A DNA stretch of 62,846 nucleotides, filler included, from Choristocarpus tenellus KU-1152 (taxonomy: Eukaryota > Protista > Phaeophyceae), in the NCBI GenBank assembly GCA_964200185.2. It is 13 parts of 13 records of this genome, joined end to end, with 100 filler letters (N's around TTAATTAATTAA, not from the genome) between each part and the next. Parts side by side here need not be neighbours in the genome. Positions count along the whole stretch, not along the records: positions 20,410 to 26,982 come from CAXNAD020007839.1; positions 27,083 to 30,411 come from CAXNAD020020769.1; positions 30,512 to 35,609 come from CAXNAD020011887.1; positions 35,710 to 40,744 come from CAXNAD020012099.1; 9 more parts are not named here. The stretch is one strand, 5' to 3'. Below the pieces are notes generated by a model, which saw nothing but the letters and a program-made list of their open reading frames with translations, had not been told where the DNA came from and searched no databases. A program made the translations under genes and the position numbers. Below are positions 25,755 to 37,955 of this stretch, in pieces. The number at the start of each line of letters is the position of its first letter. Within the stretch, counting starts at the first letter, position 1.

Positions 25755-27099
25755 TCTATCTAGTTCTGGGGTTGGTCATTCTTGTGTTCCTCTTTCTAAT
25801 CTTTCTTTGCGTGCACAAGTCGCCTGTACATCTATGGTGCAGACTGGGCAAGCGAAACGACGAGAATTGCTTCTTTTTTTTTATCATTACAGATATTTCG
25901 GAAGTGCCACTGTTGTGTGCCTCGCTTCGGATATTACTGTCTGTTCCTCAATTTGCCTGTAGGCTAAGATTATTATAATTTTTACTATTCACATTAGCCT
26001 AACTGTTCCAGACTCATTGTCGAAACAGCAAACAGAAACCCAGGTTTAATGCACCACTTGAGGTAGGACATCAGTACCAACAATATCACACATTCCCATA
26101 CCCTATGGAAAGATAGGAAGAAAAGAAGTTCAGGGTCACATCATCATATCTATCCAATCCGAACGCCACTCATGGTATGTCAACGTTTGGCAGACAGTAG
26201 TACTTACAAAACCTTTGGATAGATCTAAAACTATTTTTGTCATCTCAGCTGCCGGAGTTGTACAAAATACCGGTATAGGCGACTTGAACCCCAACATCCG
26301 AAGTGAGGCACATAGCGACAGTTACGAGTTTTGCCCTGTTTGTCCGTTTGGGGCTTGGCTTCCCACGTTTAACTTTCGATGGATTCAAAATCGATTCCTG
26401 ACCCCATTTCATGGCCCTAAGTATCTTCGAGGAGGGGGTTCTATCACAGGGTATTCATTCAGGCCTTGAGCAGGAATTAATTCATCTGCACAGGCTAAAC
26501 AAGATGCCTCCAAGCGAATTCAAACAGCAATAACCACGGTTAAGCACATGGTGTGAGGCAGTTCTAAAACGGATGGGTCCCAACCCATTTGCAGCTTATT
26601 CACTTGCCCAACCTGGAAACTACACCTACAAGGGACCTTGAGCAGCAACATCGGTAGTTAGCTGGCCGACTTGTAATTTGGGAGCACTTGAAAGCATCGC
26701 CTTCACCGCTCCTTAATGAGTGCTTGCTCCCATCATTTTGTGCTGAATGAGCAGGTGAGATATCAAAGTAGTTTTGAATCCATCGGGCGGCTTTGTAACT
26801 GGTAATCTGTGTGTTTACCTGCTAACGTTGATGCTCAAGTGGTGTTCAAAAATATTTCGGTGCTTGTGGAGGGCACCGATACGATTTGGAAGCGACCTTG
26901 ACCAAGCCAAAGGTACAAGGACAGATGGGCCCCCCGGGGGGGAGCCAGTAACGGTTTTGGCATGCTAATATGTATGGTACACNNNNNNNNNNNNNNNNNN
27001 NNNNNNNNNNNNNNNNNNNNNNNNNNTTAATTAATTAANNNNNNNNNNNNNNNNNNNNNNNNNNNNNNNNNNNNNNNNNNNNATGATTCCTCTTCCTTC

Positions 27100-30000
27100 G
27101 TAGTCTATGTATCATATACAATGCATTCGATTCAGGTTTCAACAGCACACTCCCTAGATCCCCAAGATGCACTAGTACACTAACTGGTGAACATATAACA
27201 CCAGAGAAGGAACATGCAACTTTTTTTTTGTAGACCCAGAAGCAGGTACCCAAGAGGTGGATCCAGAGGCAGGCATCGCCACGATAGACCTCACCCAAGA
27301 CAAGGATCCTCCAACCCCATCATTGGAGAGTCCAGTTGTGGTACCCCTCCCAGTGGATGTAGCGTGGGAGGACGATGGGACTCTGCAATGGGAATTGCGT
27401 CTGTCAGAAGTAGAACATGTAGAAGGGTTTGTTCGCAAAGTCTGCAAAGGATTCGTTAAGGGGGCACAACCACAATCCAGACATTTGGTGGGGATGGAAC
27501 CCTTATCAGAGTATAACCTGGAATTAGGGAATGCTATAAGAGTTGCCAGAGGTGTACAATTGTGGAACCCAGGAACCCCCATTTATTGCAAGCTGGTAAA
27601 TACATGCAGTCAACCCAGTAGTATCCAGGCAGGGTTGCCAGTTGCAAAGGCGATTGCTCTGAATACTCAGGATATTTAGAGGGTGGTTGCACTCTTTCAG
27701 TCACTAACCCAATCCCCCAGAGACCCTCAAAAAGCACAAGCTCTGCTTGCCATAAATAGTCCCCAGATAAGGCATTCCCCAGAAGTAGAAAAGATTAGTG
27801 ACTGCCCGGTAGCAGAAGAGGAAGACACCCCTTCTGGTGAAACTGAGGGGATCCGTCATCAATCGGTGAGCCTCAGTGATGCCAACATAGGACAGCTGAC
27901 ACCAGGACAGAAGAAACAGTTGGTGGAATTGTTGGAAGAATTTAGAAGTTTAGGAGTATTCCCTGAAGATCCCAAACGAGTTCCCCCATGCTCCCGATGA
28001 GTATTACATATACCACTATTAGTCAAGAACTGCACACCCTATGCAGCGAAACAAAGGTGTTTTTCTCCCGAAGAAACACAGATGATTCAAGCAGAGGTTA
28101 AGCAGTTGCAGGAACGTGGTATTATCAGACCCTCTACCTCAGCATGGGCAGCAGCAGTAGTAGCAATACGTATGAAAGATGGGACCCTGACGTTATGCGC
28201 AGATTATAGGATGCTTGATGATCTCTCATGTAGTGATAGTGGAGGTCTTGGAAACATCACCAGTATCTTTGATAAGCTTAAGGGTTCTAGCTATTTCACT
28301 GCCATAGATTTAGCGTCGGGGTTCTTCCAACTAGGAATAGCAGAGGTAGACAAACATTAGACAGCTTTCCGTGATGCCCATGGACAACTTCGGGAATATA
28401 ACAGGTGTGGCTTTGGGTTGAAAATGTTACCTGCAGTATTCTCTAGCTACATGAGAGAGGCATTAGGAGATCTCAAAGGAGAGGGTGTAGAAAACTTGCT
28501 AGACGATATTTTTTTGTATAGCTCATCATTTGATGAACACATGACCAAACTTCACCTCCTTCTTACCAGACTCAAGCAATACGGCCTGTCTGTGAACTTT
28601 CCCAAATCCTCGTGGTGCATGCCCTCACAGGAATTTGTAGGAATGAAGGTAGGTAGAGATGGCTTGAGCCCTGCTCCATCGAAAATGATAGCATTAGCAA
28701 AACTTGACCCCCCATCAACAGTCGAGCAGTTAAGGAGTTTCCTAGGCATGACAGGATACATGCGACAATTTGTTCCGAACTATGGCCAAATAGCTGCACC
28801 TCTGACTGACATCCTCCGGAACAAAGGGTATGCTTCCAAAAGAGACAGGAAGAAGAGTGTCCCTTGGGGACCAGAGGAGCAGAAAGCCTTTGAAGAACTT
28901 AAGGTGTGTCTGGTCTCTCCACCAATCCTAGTTTTTCTGACTGGGATAAAACGTTCCTCCTTCATACAGATGCTAGCGAGGAAGGGGCTGGAGCAACCCT
29001 GACCCAGGTGCAAGATGATGACCAAGAACATGTCATAGCATATGCTAGCCATAGATGGTCTAAAACAGACAGTAGGAGAGCACCCACTGAAAGGGAATGC
29101 ATGACCATCTTGTGGGTGTAGAACACTTCCGCTCTTACATTTGGGGTAGAAAATCACCCTAATCACTGACTGCTCCGCACTGACTTGGCTCTTCAAGAGC
29201 CGTGAACTCAGCCCCAAGCTCCACAGGTGGGCCCTCCGTCTTATGGACCACGATATGGAACTTAAGTGGCGAGCAGGCTCGAAGCACCAACTACCAGATG
29301 GACTGTCACGACTCTCCTCACCAACATCAATCAGTAGCTTGTAGCAAGAACTACGCTGGACCACGAGGACCTATCTTAGATGGTGTATGTTTGCAGGATC
29401 TAGGTACATCAGACCTAAGCCCAGGTCACCCCACACTGTCCCCTTGCTCTCTCTGTGCGCTGGTAGATTCAGAACTAGAGTGCACCTCCCCCTCACATAA
29501 TGAACCGAGTCTAGGTGTAGCAAAAATGTTACTTCAGGGAACAGTTGATGCCACACTCTCAGGAATATTTTCAGCCCTGCAAGACTGCCACACAGGACAT
29601 GATAATCTAGACTTAGGCGTTTGAGGTTGGTTACCACTCAGTAGTTCCCAGGATTAAAGCATGCCAGTGTACAAACTCCCTCCCTCTGGTTGGATGACCC
29701 CAGACAGAACACCCAGTGTAGACATGACACAAACCCCGCAGCTACTCCTCCCCCCGCTTAATGCCACGAACACTTTTGGTTGGCAACCTTTAGACTCTAC
29801 CCCCAAAGGCAGGGTAGAAATAAAAGGAAAAACAGGAGAAGAAAAGTCACCTTACAAGAAAAGGCGCACAAGCACACCAAGGCCGAAGAACAAGAAGGAC
29901 AGTGGCAGAATGGTTCGAATGAGTGAGGTGGTTCAACACCATCCCACTCTCAAGAGAGCAATGGCTACTTTATCGGACGTGCCTGAGCTAGTGGAGAGGC

Positions 30001-30170
30001 AGAAGAAAGACCCCTTTTTGGGCAGCATACGGGGTGTACTCGAAGGCCAAGAACACTGGAAGTCGTCACTCGAATGGGAAAAAGGGAGTATAGATGTGGA
30101 GTCGTATTCCTTAGGTAATAAAGAGTTACTCTGGTACACCCCTAGAGAGTATTTGTGCAATATAGGATAG
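27100..30170 (+). mobile_element. Ty3/Gypsy pol pseudogene (RT, RNase H), frameshifted
   Basis: GIIRPSTSAWAAAVV..KDGTLTLCADYR; YFTAIDLASGFFQ; LLDDIFLYS; LRSFLGMTGYMRQFV; FLLHTDASEEGAGATLTQ; IAYASHRWS...TERECM. Confidence 0.93.
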
Positions 30171-30511
30171 GCAGTCTATAGGAAGTTATATGTTTAGTGA
30201 ACAGTAGAATTCAATAGAAGTATTTACTGAGTAGAGTAAGAGTCAGGGATTTGACTTGATATGCTTAGAGTCACAGGTTCGAGTCTCGATAGATTGATTT
30301 TTTATTTAGTTCAATATAAGTGGCTGACGTAGTGCGATTGTCACAGACACATTTTGACGTGTCTGATGACGTGCGCAATAGATAATAATATAAGGAAGAG
30401 CACCCCACCACNNNNNNNNNNNNNNNNNNNNNNNNNNNNNNNNNNNNNNNNNNNNTTAATTAATTAANNNNNNNNNNNNNNNNNNNNNNNNNNNNNNNNN
30501 NNNNNNNNNNN

Positions 30512-30592
30512 CTGGTGTAGACCCCCCCCCGCTCCCAGATACTTTGGGTCACAAAAAGGGCAAACCTCGTACCCTCTAAGATACTTTTACTC
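30512..30592. mobile_element. End of a family B MITE (to 30550) abutting the end of a family A MITE (30551-30592)
   Basis: cccagatactttgggtc is followed directly by acaaaaagggcaaacctcgtaccctctaagatacttttactc. Confidence 0.8.
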
Positions 30593-31200
30593 TTTTCATT
30601 TTGTTGTACATAATGTGAGAAAGATTTTTGTTTTGTGACTTGTCCTCGAGAAATGAGTCAAAGTATCCTTGGGGGTTCTGATTGATCCTTGGGAAGACCT
30701 TTTGTTACACTCTCTACTCTCAAAGCCTCAATGATACCATTGAGAGTCTTATCTGTCACAGCTACAGTAACCAAATGTAACATTTATGCATTCTTGGAAT
30801 AAAATTGGCAAGTCAGGCACAAGATTGTGAAGACCTCAATGACTCAAACATGCAAAAGCCTATCCCCTAGTAGAATACTTCAACTCGTGAAATCTTCCAA
30901 GAGCATATTGTATTGCAGAGTAGTAGCAGTTGCAACTGTACTTCAATAAATCAACCTATTTTTCACACTATTGGGACTGTCAATGAGCAGTGTTACAGTG
31001 AGTGACACTACGACTCATGCTGCCTGCTGAAGGCAGTAGTTGTGCACTTCGCCAATACGTTGCTTGTACCAACTCTCCTGGATGGCATTTCCAATTGAAA
31101 ATGGTGTTTTCGTGTGGTCAGCACAACAATGTCAAATTCCCTTGCAGGATATGCAATGGCGAGTCTCTACGTTTTTTCCGCTTTCTTCCCCCCTAAAACT

Positions 31201-31646
31201 TCAGGATGTAGGGGGAGCCATTTCGTCACCTGCAGAATCGGTGAATGATGTTGTCTTAAGGAATGAGAAGATAACCAAGGGCATCTCTTCTCGTCGCAAG
31301 GTCATCATGTTGCAAGGCCCTCTTCCGTCAACAACATCCGCTGAACAAAGATACTTAGAAGATGTCGTGTGACATTGCGCACACTTCTTTGCTCTCCTTC
31401 TCTCTTTGGTGCGACTGTTTGCTCCAATGCGTGATGATACAAAGTGTGTCAACGGGTGGTACACTTCGTACTATCAAACCAGAATAACCTATTCTCTTTT
31501 TCTTGAGATTTTGTAAGACTGACCACGCAAGAATTAGTTCTGTTGTTGTATCAAATCAAGGTGTTGCGACCACTGTGAACATTGGAGACAATGCCACACC
31601 TCATCAGGACGATTATATACCAGTGGGAATCCTTCTGCAAAGCACA
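31201..31646 (-). CDS. Probable last two exons (31646-31600, 31470-31201) of an unidentified gene
   Basis: AG/GT-bounded and in phase: CFAEGFPLVYNRPDE-YEVYHPLTHFVSSRIGANSRTKERRRAKKCAQCH...MAPPTS-stop. No recognised domain. Confidence 0.45.
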
Positions 31647-33300
31647 CTGTTGGCGACAGATGGTGCAGGGGGGGATAGGAGGAAGTAGATGGTCTTTACA
31701 ATAAAATAATAAAATGCATGAACTTTTATTTTTTTTACCAGTGGCCTACGAATGTGACTGTTTTTGTGTTTATTTTTTGTCGTAAGTTTTTCTATAGGAT
31801 CAAAGTCACTAGAGGCATAGCATCAGTGTTACTAACGTGTAAGGGCCATTGTGGTATGGCTAGTATTCAAATAGAAAATAGGTTTTGGAGAGGTATCTTT
31901 CACATTAGCAGCCACTGTTTCTTTTACAGGGGTCCTTGTAATGATACTGGTTTTGGATTCTTCCCTGACACATCTGCAAAATTGTCAGAGGGCATAATAG
32001 GATGCAAGAGTACATGTACATGACTTTCAACTTCTCAAACCCAAGGTTCATTAAACAGGGAAAAAGTGGACACAATAAAAATGATAAAACCTTTATATAT
32101 GATCATTTTTGGGTATGAAATCAGAAGGTCTGAAATAGAAGAAACTTCTTGATTGGCCCATATACAACCTCCCAAAAGAATGGAACCACTTGTTAAAAGT
32201 TAGTCAACGGAACTAACTGCTTCAGGCACTTTTGTTATTGGCATCCGAATTTTTCTGATATTAGGGTGGAAGTTGAGGATGGCAGAGATGAGAGGGGAGC
32301 AAACAGTGCCGATGATGCTGCTAGCCCAGACAGTACCGGGCTAGCGAAGTCTGGGCTGCAGTGGACGACGAAAAATCGTCCACATGATTTGACAGTGTGA
32401 CAGCTCGCAAATCGTCAGTTACAACTTGTCCAATGACAGTGATGGGCACGACGAGGTGCTAGACGAATGAACCAGGAGGATCCAGAACATGGAGAAGAGA
32501 GGGAGTTACATCGGGGACTGCTTAGCAAGTGCACCAATCAGATGATGGGTCTCCTCGCCACAGTAACTTGTCAAGGACAAGCGGTGAGTACTCTTTCAGC
32601 GAGGGTGAAAACCATTCGGTGCAGTAAATGCTGAGCACCCTGTCTGTCGAATATACTAGTGTTATCCTTCCTTTGTTTGTGCTGATACAAGTATATAAGA
32701 TAGTTTCATGTGCATTTATATTTCGCTCGGTACAACACAAAGTAGTAACGTACATATGGTATGATGGGTCAGTTGTTGGTCATATGTCAGAGAAAACTGA
32801 TACCCAAGACAAAGACTCAGTGGATAATTAATATTCAGTGTATGTTCATCATGTAACTCAACCAGCGGCTTTGGGCAATGAGCCGTACATGCGCCAAGCT
32901 GTTAATCACGTTTAAACACTTCATCCAAAAACTCTAGCCAGGGGAGGCACAGCCGAACTGGATTGAGTTGGTAAACACTGTGCAAATTACCTTTGGAGGT
33001 AATGCTATTTATCAGTAGTGAAGATAATAAGGTGTGAAGCCTCACACGACCCCCTTTACTGAAGGTGAAAAGAATGGATGAAATTAGAAGATTGACGTTT
33101 GTGGGGTGTCTTCTCATTGTTTATTATTTATTTGTGCTTCTTATCTATGTCCATGGTTATGTCGAAGTAGTTGAATGCGGAATATCTATGTCAATGGTTA
33201 TGTCGAAGTAGTTGAATGCGGAATAAATACCAGTACATAATCCCATATACACAAAATAAGGTACACCTCACTATCGTCTTATTTTGCACAAACACCACTC

Positions 33301-34570
33301 ATGGTCTCAGACGGATTTCATACCAAACTCCTTCAGTTATCTGAAGACAACTACGCTGACTGGTTCGCCACTACACGTGCCTTCCTGGGCGCTAAAGGCA
33401 ATATCAATGAGGCGTTGGAGTACAGGAAGGAACCTATTAGAGTGGGTGACATAGGTTTCATCAAGGGAGAGGATGCGGATGAAGAAGAGGCCACCAAAGC
33501 CAAGAAGGCATACGACGTCTTGCTGCGAAGTACCAATGGGTTCTACAGGTGCATTGTCTGCAATGCAGCATCACCATTGGAAGCTTGGTAAAAACTGAAG
33601 GAACATTTCCTAATCCACTCAGATGAGGAAATTGCAAGATTTCAAAAGAAGGTGATGGCCGTCTAGATGCCACAGGGGTCAGACCCCCATGGACTGGGTT
33701 GGCCAGATAGCGATGATGGGGCATGTGATGTCCGCACAGGTGCTTCAAATCGCCATGCTAGACTGGATGATGACTACACGATCACTAAACACTGCCTCCA
33801 GGACCACAATAAAAGTGAGCGTTCGAGAGCTATGATTCAACAAGGTGCTCGTTCGCGCTACTTCTCACTCCAACGAGAGGTAGCTGATCGCGGGGAGCCC
33901 GGGAGCGCCCTTGCTGCCAGGACCATCAACTCGTAGAAGAGTAATCACAAGGTTAGCCGAGGTGGAAGCCAAGGTACAACTGGTCATCATATGGACCCTG
34001 GGACGACAGGATCCCGTGCCAGGGGATGGACCAAGACCCGAGAGACATATGAAAAGTGTGGATTGGTCGGACATGCTGTTCCTTGCACATATAGAGGACT
34101 GTGCTACAGCTGCAGGAGCAGAGGCCACCAGAAGGATGTTTGCCCTAAGACGAGGGTGATACCATCAAAATCTGTAGGAAGTTTGTGTCACCAGAGGGCA
34201 ACCCTGCTAAAGTCGGTGGGAGAAATAGCTGGATCAGAGGAACCAGCTAGGTAAGGAGGTAGGCAAAAATTCTAGACCTTGTTACTCGCTGTGGCTGACA
34301 ATGGCAAGGTGAGCCAGGTTGAATTGGAAAGATGTTGCTTTGATTCGGGAGCCTCCAATAGTGTAATGAAAGACTCAAAGTACATGTATCACTTTGCCAC
34401 ATATCCACAAGGCTGTGCAAGATAACTGTAGCTGACAGCATATCAATATCCATTATGGGGTATGGCAACATTGATATAAATTTCAATATTGGCCACGATG
34501 AGTGTGTTTATGTTACTTTGTTGTCTGTCACGTTTGCCCCGAGTATAGCATTCAATCTCGTATCCTCACA
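33301..34570 (+). mobile_element. Ty1/Copia gag-protease pseudogene
   Basis: N-terminal LSEDNYADW; EAW*KLKEHF; zinc knuckle CYSCRSRGHQKDVC; protease FDSGAS followed by ITVADSISISIMGYGNI. Confidence 0.82.
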
Positions 34571-35951
34571 CTCTGCTTGAAGGATGAGGACAAGATAGTT
34601 CTGGTGTTCTATTTGTTGTTATCTGCGTATTTCCCTTCACATCCCCAAGGACTAGAAGACACATCGAATCTAGTCTCAGTCCAAGAGCTGGGGAGGGTTG
34701 AGAATTGTATCCCCTGGATTGATGGTATCCCCTGGACTGATCGAGAATACAAGGGGAATATGAGATAGATATTGAGCCAAAGTATCTTAGGATTTAGATT
34801 TTCTGTGATGCCTTTGCCCTGATGACATGGCCAGTATATTTTATGGATGGTTTTTGGCACTAGCTACGGACAAGGATTCATACATTAGGATGTGAAGCAC
34901 GTTTTTATCAGAGCAGAAATCAGAAAGGAAATATTTACTCGTTTTAACATCAGGTTATCACTCCGAGCTTATGCCTTCCACAAACATTGCACCACAGAGG
35001 CTCTGACTACACATGCACTCATTGCATACACAAACCTTGATGGCTTGGTTATATTATATTGCTATCTGCAAGGATTTGACATACCCCACCCCCCCCAGTT
35101 CATCTCAACCACAACATATTGTCTATTTTGATATACGCCATACAACGTGGTGTGGAACCATAGCTTCAGACACCTGAAAGAGGGTGAGAGGGCTTGGCAA
35201 GTAGTATCAGACGTATCTCTTTGGGGCCCCCACTATCATTCTTGTGTATAGGTTTATCATTTTTCCTCACGTTGGAGGGATCTTGAATTCCACCTACTGG
35301 TTGCCCCCTTCATCATGGTATCTTCTGTGGTGCACTGTTAGGTAGGGCCAATGCCCTATACTGTAATGTGTCCTCCACTACCTTCTACACTTGCATACCT
35401 TCCTAATGCACTCGCACTGCTGTGATTCCCATGCCCTCAACATTCCCTCCCCCTTCCCCGGTTCTCCCATTTTTTTTGCTTATATTCCCTGCCGGATCTA
35501 GCCCCAAAGTATCTACCTGTTAGCAATATATGATTATATCCAGTCTGAAATGACTAGGACTCAACTGTCTCACCAAGCACATTACAATGTCCTACATGCC
35601 TCCCGCCCCNNNNNNNNNNNNNNNNNNNNNNNNNNNNNNNNNNNNNNNNNNNNTTAATTAATTAANNNNNNNNNNNNNNNNNNNNNNNNNNNNNNNNNNN
35701 NNNNNNNNNCCGACCACCAAGCGTGCGTTTCCAGGAATTTTCCATGAGGGTAGAGCAGAGTAGGCGGAAGTGCCAAAGAAAAAGCGCATGTGAAAAAAAA
35801 AAAGGCATTGATCACCCCCCTCCCAGTGGAAGAACTGCGCTGACGGTATTTTTTGTACAGTAAGTAATATCTAAAGCAAAAAAAGATCTACATAGCATGT
35901 GGGCGTGGGGCACGTGGAATCGCTAGGAATGAAGCAAAGAGTTACAAGTTC

Positions 35952-36142
35952 TTACGGGTTCGTTGGTAGATAACTTGGGGGTGCCCACTGCATCTGCTTC
36001 TTCAGGAGTTCAGCTACCTCCTCATCTAGCGGCAGCATGTCATACAGGTACGGCTTCACTTCTGGAAGCTGAAATGTGCTCTGCTCGTAAGCCAACATAG
36101 AGACCGTGGCGGCAGGAATGAGGTTATTGAACAGGTGTTGCA
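35952..36142 (-). CDS. Probable terminal exon of an unidentified gene
   Basis: Acceptor cacacag, then QHLFNNLIPAATVSMLAYEQSTFQLPEVKPYLYDMLPLDEEVAELLKKQMQWAPPSYLPTNP-stop. A candidate first exon is 37507-37430 (MDADVYGENAPVLSPVLPRKSFDNGE); middle exons are unresolved. Confidence 0.5.
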
Positions 36143-37955
36143 CTGTGTGGTTCGGTGCATTGAAATCTCACGTAAAGGTTGAGAAACAGAAGCATCGTCG
36201 AAAAAGCAAGAATCTGTACTCCTTCTGCGCATGTCACGTAACACACATTGAACACATGCCTTCCTGACTAAGGAATACATGTAGGTGATATTTTGTACTC
36301 TTTCGTATCAGGTAGAGAGGTGTCTCAAATGGTCAGCGGCATGTCGTGGTCGGACATCATCTTCGTTGTTCTAGAACTCGGATTGGAGAAGAGAAAATCA
36401 ACGCATTCCAGTACTTGTAAATATCCTACTGCGCGATCTGGGTGTGTATAGAGGCATACTTTGGGGGCAAAACCATACAGAGCCTACCTACCATATTCAA
36501 TGTTTTGTACGCAACACAATCAGCTCTTCCGACCAAACCAGCCACTTCTTCGTGCCAGCAAGAAGCGCAAACAATAGTTAGACAGAGTTTTGTTGTGTTG
36601 ACGATAATGCTTGGATCTTTCCCCGAAGTATGATACCACAATCTTGTAATTTTTTTAGCGCTTCTTTGTGTCCAGTAGGGGTGCATCTATTGACTACGAA
36701 ATGGTGATGCCATCGAGGCACTTTTTAGTATCCGTGCCTGTTCAATACCAAGTAAAATAGGGAGTTAAGCGGGAGGATCTTTCCTACCCTGGCGACATCC
36801 TTGGGAACGAGCTCCTGGAGAAATAACGCCTGTCCCTGCTTCTGTCTTCTCCTGGCACGGTAGGCTTCGGCAACAACCAGGCCTCGCACAATGCGGCTCA
36901 CCTGTACCGTTGTGGGTGGTCAACGGGATGCTTAGGTTGTTGGCGACCAGCAAGGGGGATAAGTGGAGAATGGTCATATCAAATGGGCAACGATGGAGAT
37001 ATATTCAAATATAGGTATCCCCACTCAAGTCAAGATGATGACTGGACGAGTTGATCGGTCAGGCGACATGTTGGCTTCCCAATTCGAAGGTAAGTGTTGA
37101 GATTCTCCGACAGCTGCACTTCAATCCAATTCTTGAAGCTGGCCGACATGAAGGGAGCAAGGGGCCTCCTAGTTGCACAAGCCCGATTGATACCCCCGGT
37201 CGGGGATGGTGTGCGCAGAAAAAGTCAGATAAACTCGCAAACAAGAAGGGAACCCACTCCATTGACTGCGTCTGTGAAGTTCTTACAGCAACTATTATGT
37301 CAATAAGATACAGGTTGCAAGCGAGATGCACCGTATCCGCGAGGGTGAGTCAGGAGAGTTCAACCCTATTGTTTAGAATCAAATCCCCGAATAGTAAACT
37401 TGGTCTTTCCTTGTCCCTTAGATTGGTACCTCTCCATTGTCGAAACTCTTCCTGGGCAAGACCGGCGACAGTACCGGTGCATTTTCGCCATAGACATCAG
37501 CGTCCATGACGATATTAGCTACTTGAATTGGTCTCGTTTTCTGCCAGCAGTCGTGTTGCACAAGTGCACATACTATTGATGTATGGTAGGGGAAACCTCG
37601 ACTGTTCTTGTATTGGTTTAATGATGTACGGTCGTCTCTTTGAACTTCTGTTTCATCGAAGTATGAAGAGTGGTCGACGAGCGGCGCAATACCACAACAG
37701 ACAGTCCATCCATCCATCCAACCAGAATCCCCTTCCAACACATTTCCTAATCTTGTCAGTCAATCACCATCACAGTACATAGATGTTTGATTATGTCACC
37801 CAGTTCAAGTTCCAGTCACCAACATGTCCAATTTACTTTTGTGATGTAGGTGGCATGGCGAGTGTTTGGAATGCGGGAGGAATCTAAGACGAGATATGAT
37901 TTGTGGAGAAAGGAGAAGGAGGCGTACCAGTTGACGTTAAATTTGAATTTTGAAA

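Noticed and set aside
29590-29640. LDLG motif as a possible methyltransferase in the Gypsy insert
   Set aside because: Followed at once by a stop; no GxG or PC catalytic motif visible.
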